Origin: Myxococcota bacterium | GTDB taxonomy: Bacteria; Myxococcota_A; SURF-8; G963663525 | Assembly (NCBI GenBank): GCA_963676915.2 | Contig: CAXXVK010000065.1 | Location: forward strand, 1 to 22,710 | Reading direction: 5' to 3' | Length of the DNA stretch: 22,710 nucleotides | Shown: positions 17,990-22,710 of the stretch, in pieces | How positions within the stretch are numbered: position 1 is the stretch's first letter | Layout: each line of letters starts with the position of its first letter | Notes under the pieces: model-generated | Seen by the model: only the letters and a program-made list of their open reading frames with translations | Told to the model about the DNA's origin: nothing | Database searches by the model: none | Program-made: the position numbers and the translations under genes

Positions 17990-20125
17990 CTACTGCGAAG
18001 CGCCGTTGCGGGTCAGAATCAGCGCATCGACCGCGACGAGGTTCCCTTTGTTGTCGAGGATCAGCGGGTTGATGTCCAACTCGACGATGTCGGGGCGTTC
18101 CAAAGCCAATTTTCCCACGCCGACGAGCGCTTTTTCCAGCAACTCGGGATTGACACCCTCCTGTCCGCGCAACGCGCCGAACAGACCGGAAGCTTTCAGA
18201 GAATCCGGCATGGAACGCGCTTCGTTAGGACTCAACGGCGCCAGGCGGAAGGTAATGTCGCGAATGGCTTCCGTGAACAATCCGCCGATTCCCAGCATGA
18301 CGGCGGGACCGAAGCCCGGCGTTCGTTTCATACCGATGACGATTTCCCGATTTCCCGGAATCATGGGTGAAATCAGTTTCATGCATCCGTTGCAGCGGTG
18401 GTCGATTTTCTGCCAGGCATCGGCCAACTCGGACTGGCTCTGAATCCCGGCAACGACCAGACCTTCATCGCTTTTGTGCAACACGCCTTCGACCAGTCCC
18501 TTGAGCACTACCGGAAAGCCCAGACTCGCCCCGGAACGCAACGTTTCCTTCAAGGTCTGCACCGTCCGGAATTTTACGACCGGCACGCCGTATTGTTCCA
18601 GCAGGCTGAACGCTTTGTCGTCGTCCATCACCTGCGTGTCACCGTCCGTCTCGCTTTCCGTCACGGTCACGGGAGAGGAATCCCAGTCGTTCTCTCTCTT
18701 TTGGATTTTTCCGAAACGATACAACGCAGCCATCGCCAGGGCGGCTTCCTCGGGGTGATCGTAGACCGGCACGCCGCCGTCCACCAACTGGTCGGTGGCG
18801 CCGTCTTCCCGTAAAAACGTGGACGCCGCCAGCGGTTTGCCGGATTCCTTCAAGGCCGTGAGAAACGGCGTGAAATCCTGTTTGGCTCGTTCGAGAAACA
18901 TCTCTTCGGGAAGTTTCAGAAAATCGCCGAGCACGACGTGGGCTTCTCGCGCCATCGACGTGTCCATCATACCGTGAAGCAATACGGCATCGACTTCTTC
19001 CGCTCCCAGGATGGTTTTCGGCAATCGACGGGCGAAGGCGTCGAAATCGAGGGAAAACGTAAGGTCGATGGGATTGCGGGTGGAACCCGTCGGGGGGATG
19101 TCCTCCCGAAGTTTTTCCTGTAATTCTTCACTTAATTCAGGCACTTGTAACCCGGAACGCTCGCAGGTATCGGCCATCGAAGTGGCGGGACCGCCCGAAT
19201 GAGTCAGAATCGCCACTTTCAGACCGCGAGGTGGCGGCATGGTGGCCAGTGCGTGTCCCCACCCGAACAATTCGGCCGTGGAACGCGCTCGCAAAATTCC
19301 AGCCTGTGCGAATACGCCGTCTACCAGAGCATCTTCTCCACCCATCGAGCCGGTATGCGACAGGCCCGAGCGAGCACCCGCCTCGGTGCCGCCGATGTAG
19401 AGTGCAACAATCGGTTTGTGTCGTGTGATCTCGCGGGCGACTTCCATGAAGCGACGCCCTCGTGGCAATCCTTCGATATACAGCGCGATGGCGCGGGTTT
19501 CGTCGTCTTTTTCGAGGTATTCAAGGCAGTCCACGAGATCGAGATTCGTGGAGTTGCCGACGCTCAACGACTTCGACATCCGAATACCGCGTCCCTGGAG
19601 ATACACCAGCGTCTGGGAAACGTACGTTCCGCTCTGGCTGACGAGACTCAGCCCGCCCGGTTTGTCCTTGTAAGGGAAAACCGTAAGATTTAAAGGAAGA
19701 TGCGTATTGATGACCCCGATGCAGTTGGGACCGACGAAACGCATGTCGTATTTTTTGGCGATGTCCTTCAGGCGATTTTCGCGTTCGAATCCCACGCCGC
19801 GTACTTCTCGAAATCCCGCCGTGGTGATGACGGCATGACGCACACCGTTCTTACCGAGATCTTCCAGAATATCCAGGGAAACATCGGTGGGTGTGGTGAT
19901 CAACGCCATGTCCGGTTTTTCGGGCAATTGCGCTACCTTCGGGGCAGCGGGACAGCCGAAGATTTGGGTTTCTTTCGGATGCAGGAACTGGATGGTTCCC
20001 GGAAAGCCTGCGTGCAGGGCGTTGGCAGCCTGCAACGATCCCATTTTCAATGGATTGCTGCTGGCTCCGGCGATGACGATGGATGTGGGGTGGAGAATCG
20101 ATTCGAGCGGATGAGGATTTTGCAT
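17990..20125 (-). CDS. Acetate/acyl-CoA ligase (ADP-forming), fused alpha-beta ACD family
   Basis: SIVIAGAS, ITTAGFRE, VGPNCIG, VSQSG, LYIEG, phospho-His motif SHTGS, SGGP, NPIDL; ATP-grasp FPVVLK, HKSD, FGPAVMLGIGG, ELDINPL, AVDAL. GGAG RBS. Confidence 0.92.
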   Translation of the reverse strand: MQNPHPLESILHPTSIVIAGASSNPLKMGSLQAANALHAGFPGTIQFLHPKETQIFGCPAAPKVAQLPEKPDMALITTPTDVSLDILEDLGKNGVRHAVITTAGFREVRGVGFERENRLKDIAKKYDMRFVGPNCIGVINTHLPLNLTVFPYKDKPGGLSLVSQSGTYVSQTLVYLQGRGIRMSKSLSVGNSTNLDLVDCLEYLEKDDETRAIALYIEGLPRGRRFMEVAREITRHKPIVALYIGGTEAGARSGLSHTGSMGGEDALVDGVFAQAGILRARSTAELFGWGHALATMPPPRGLKVAILTHSGGPATSMADTCERSGLQVPELSEELQEKLREDIPPTGSTRNPIDLTFSLDFDAFARRLPKTILGAEEVDAVLLHGMMDTSMAREAHVVLGDFLKLPEEMFLERAKQDFTPFLTALKESGKPLAASTFLREDGATDQLVDGGVPVYDHPEEAALAMAALYRFGKIQKRENDWDSSPVTVTESETDGDTQVMDDDKAFSLLEQYGVPVVKFRTVQTLKETLRSGASLGFPVVLKGLVEGVLHKSDEGLVVAGIQSQSELADAWQKIDHRCNGCMKLISPMIPGNREIVIGMKRTPGFGPAVMLGIGGLFTEAIRDITFRLAPLSPNEARSMPDSLKASGLFGALRGQEGVNPELLEKALVGVGKLALERPDIVELDINPLILDNKGNLVAVDALILTRNGASQ

Positions 20126-20346
20126 GGGGACTCCGGTGTACTTCCAACCATTCGAGACAGGAAAATATTCGAAATGTTTCGACTTCTACCGGCCATTTGC
20201 ATCGAAAACGGCCACAATCACCAAAAGAATAACGTCCGGCTGTTCAGAACGTTTTCTACCTTCAAGCCGTACCATTTACCCAAAACGTTGTCAATGTCGT
20301 GAAAAATTGGGAAAAATCTGTTTGAATCTCCCGTTTGGTAACGTTG

Positions 20347-20548
20347 GGGTGCATCACAAAATGGTGCGAATTGGCCCAACAATATTGAAGCATTCATTCA
20401 TTTGGTTGTAGCGGCGAGGCGTAAGCCCGCCGAAAAGGGAGATTGGGGGCATAAAAGCAACTTTCTAAAGGCAAAAACGGCGGGCTTACGCCTCGCCGCT
20501 ACGAAAAAAGAGGATTTTACGAAAGTCGCTATATTTTGTGATGCACCC
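20347..20548 (-). mobile_element. 202-bp MITE, copy 2, inverted relative to copy 1
   Basis: Reverse complement matches copy 1 with 5 substitutions by manual alignment; same TIRs; own direct repeats GTAACGTTG (20338-20346) and GTAACGCTG (20549-20557). Confidence 0.88.
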
Positions 20549-20565
20549 GTAACGCTGTTCTCTTA

Positions 20566-20594
20566 TTGACCTGTACGTCGGAAACCGTTAGTCT
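20566..20594 (+). promoter_or_regulatory. Putative sigma70 promoter of the aminotransferase
   Basis: TTGACC, 17-bp spacer, TAGTCT; GGAGG RBS before the ATG at 20657. Confidence 0.45.
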
Positions 20595-20656
20595 ACTTTG
20601 CATTGTTTTTTGCATAAATTCCCGTTGGTTGTTGACGCGTTTTCCTGGAGGCAGGC

Positions 20657-21848
20657 ATGAAGAAAATCACCCCGTCCAAGCGTACCGAAGGCGTTCGTTA
20701 CGCGATTCGCGACATCGCTGTTTTGGCCGGTAACGTTGCGAAAAGCGGTAAGAAAATGTACTGGCTCAACATCGGCGATCCTTCTCCTTACGGACACCGG
20801 ACGCCCGATTGGATCGTCTCCGCCGCTACGGCGTCGATGATCGAGCAGCGCAACGGCTACGCGCCGTCGTTCGGGTACGACGAAGCGGTAGATTCCATTC
20901 GCCGCCGCTGCGAGGACCAGGGATTTCAATCGATTCAGGAAATCATTTGCAGTACGGGAGCCAGCGAAGCGATCGAAATCGCTTTGACCGCCCTACTCGA
21001 TCCCGGTGACAACGTGTTGCTGCCCTACCCGGTATATCCGTTGTATACCGCCGTACTGGCGAAACTCGAATGCGAAGCCCGACCATATTATCTGCACGAA
21101 GAAAACGGCTGGCTACCGGATGTAGGCGAGATGGAAGCCGCCATCGACGAGCGCACCCGGGCCATGCTGATCTGTACGCCGAACAACCCCACCGGGGCGG
21201 TGTACCCGAAAGAATTGCTGGAAGAAGTTGCCGAATTCGCTCGGAGAGCCGGGATTCTGGTGATTGCCGACGAGATCTACGACCGCTTGACTTTTCGAAG
21301 AGGCCGAGCACCATTCCATCGCGACTCTAGCTCCCGATCTGCCGGTCGTGACTTGCAACGGGTTGTCGAAAAACTACCTTGTTCCGGGTTGGCGCTGTGG
21401 TTGGGGTATCTGGTCGGGCGATAAAGATATTATGGGCGATTACGTGGAAGCGGCGGGACGCTTGGCGCGTGCCCGACTGTGTTCCAACGTGACGGCCATG
21501 GCCGCGATTCCCGCCGCGCTGGATGGTCCTCAAACACACCTGCCGGAATTTTTAGCCGATGTGAAGCGTTCTCGCGATGCCGCCGTTCGGTGCGTCGAGC
21601 AGATCGACGAAATCAGCATGGTGACGCCGACCGGCTCGTTTTACGCCTTCCCGAGGCTGCATCTCGATGTGGACGACAACGAGTGGGTGAAAGGACTGAT
21701 CGCCGAGACGGGCGTGGTGGTGGTTCCTGGTGGCGGATTCGGTCAAAAGCCGGGTACGGCGCATTTCCGTATCGTCATCCTGCCCAACGAAACGATTATC
21801 GAAGAAGCCTTCGACAAAATCGCGGGATACATCAAGAAAACGAAGTAA
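20657..21848 (+). CDS. alaA: Class I/II PLP aminotransferase (AlaA/YfbQ-like alanine aminotransferase); one +1 frameshift at 21292-21295
   Basis: VRYAIRD, LNIGDP, GASEAI, PNNPTGAVY, ADEIYD. Deleting one T gives DRLTFEEAEHHSIATLAPDLPVVTCNGLSKNYLVPGWRCGW, including the PLP lysine, and continues to VVPGGGFG...HFRIVILP. Substrate specificity is inferred. Confidence 0.8.
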
Positions 21849-21870
21849 TAGAAAGAAACGGGGGAACGAA

Positions 21871-22419
21871 ATGATTTGGAAACACGGCTTGCGAATATGG
21901 GCAGTGATGGGCTGGCTATTGCTATCGGCAAGCTGCGCCTCCTCTGCGGAAAAAGCCGTTTCTTCCGAGCAATCACTGAAAGCTCAACCTTTTGAAATCA
22001 AAGATCAAAACGGCGTTTCGCACAGCCTTTCCGGTCTGACCGCCGATGGTCCGTTGGTACTCGTTTTCCTTCGGGGATTCGCCTGACCGTATTCCCGCAA
22101 GCATCTCGGGGAGATGCGCGACGACATCGAAAAATTCAAGCAACAAAACGCTACGATCGCGGTGGTGGTGCGCGACTCGGCCGAAAACGTCGCCGACTAC
22201 TGGAAAAAGGAAAAACTACCGTATCTCGGTCTGCCGGACCCGGATGGCAACCTGGGGGAATTGTACGGACAACAGTGGAAGCTGTTCAAGTTGGGCTTGA
22301 TGCCGGCCATGTTCATTGTTGCCAAGGACGGAACCGTCGTATTCAAGCATTTTAGCGGCAGTATGTCCGACATTCCGAAAAACACCAAAGTTTTGGAGGT
22401 GTTGCAAGGGTTGAAGTAA
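21871..22419 (+). CDS. AhpC/TSA (peroxiredoxin-like) selenoprotein, 182 aa, UxxS motif, probable lipoprotein or exported protein
   Basis: Track ORFs 21730..22086 and 22114..22419 are in frame across TGA 22084-22086: ...PFEIKDQNG...GPLVLVFLRGFA-U-PYSRKHL...LPYLGLPDPDG...PAMFIVAKDGTV. The UGA sits at the Cys position of the family's RGxxCPxC motif. N-terminal signal ends LLLSAS-C22. Confidence 0.88.
22096..22120 (+). promoter_or_regulatory. Bacterial SECIS-like hairpin
   Basis: CGC-AA-GCATCT-CGGGG-AGATGC-GCG; 20 nt separate the UGA from the loop, the same geometry as the hairpin at 10636. Confidence 0.78.
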
Positions 22420-22550
22420 CTTTTCGTCGGGTCTGATTCCATTAACGAAAAAAACTACTAGTTTGAAAGTTTTATGGGAGGGTTTCATAATTCCCGATTG
22501 TCGGGTATTATGACAAGTGGGCAAGTAATATTTCACTGGGAGGTTAAGTT

Positions 22551-22710
22551 ATGAAAAGAATCGCTTTGTTCCTGTCTACGTTGATCCTGCTTCTGGCTGT
22601 TTTCGTTATTCCGAGTTGCGGTGGCGACGACGATTCTTCTTCGAACGGCGGTACGGGCACGGTCAAAGTGACGCTCCAGGACGCGGCTGGGGAGATCGAG
22701 AAACTGATGA
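22551..22710 (+). CDS. Lipoprotein, 5' part only; possibly DUF4382-like
   Basis: GGAGG RBS; MKRIALFLSTLILLLAVFVIPS-CGGDDDSSSNGGTGTVKVTLQDAAG has a lipobox and acidic linker; open to the window edge. Confidence 0.7.
   Translation, partial: MKRIALFLSTLILLLAVFVIPSCGGDDDSSSNGGTGTVKVTLQDAAGEIEKLM

Noticed and set aside
17702-20548. Composite transposon that delivered the acyl-CoA synthetase
   Set aside because: Each MITE has its own target duplication and the outer flanks do not match, so these are independent insertions.
21730-21870. Upstream start for the AhpC-like ORF given by the track
   Set aside because: Overlaps the aminotransferase; ATG 21871 has an RBS and begins a signal peptide.
10618-22086. 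Genome-wide UGA reassignment as the explanation for the in-frame TGAs
   Set aside because: Other genes end normally in TGA (1004, 6610, 9171, 12663, 12928) and Trp is TGG; both internal UGAs are at redox-Cys positions with hairpins.

Overview
Bacterial chromosomal window, probably from a deltaproteobacterium or Myxococcota-like lineage (inferred from a MYXO-CTERM-like sorting tail and a TIGR02147-like gene). Left to right: a frameshifted TIGR02147-like HTH gene; a REP-like repeat cluster; a three-gene minus-strand operon encoding an unusually rearranged glutamate synthase-like system (FAD/Fe-S oxidoreductase, a double ferredoxin-plus-barrel protein and a GATase-GXGXG fusion, with no gltD); an orphan CoxE-like VWA gene; a SelW/Rdx selenoprotein missed by the ORF track; a phage-like switch whose CI-like repressor appears non-cleavable; a 1546-aa surface GH84+GH2 fusion with altered acid/base residues in both modules; an ADP-forming acyl-CoA synthetase flanked by two inverted 202-bp MITEs that each carry a REP doublet; a frameshifted AlaA-like aminotransferase; a second hidden selenoprotein (exported AhpC/TSA-fold, UxxS); and the start of a lipoprotein gene. 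The two in-frame UGA codons share a matching SECIS-like hairpin. All family calls are from motif recognition by eye; no database searches were run.
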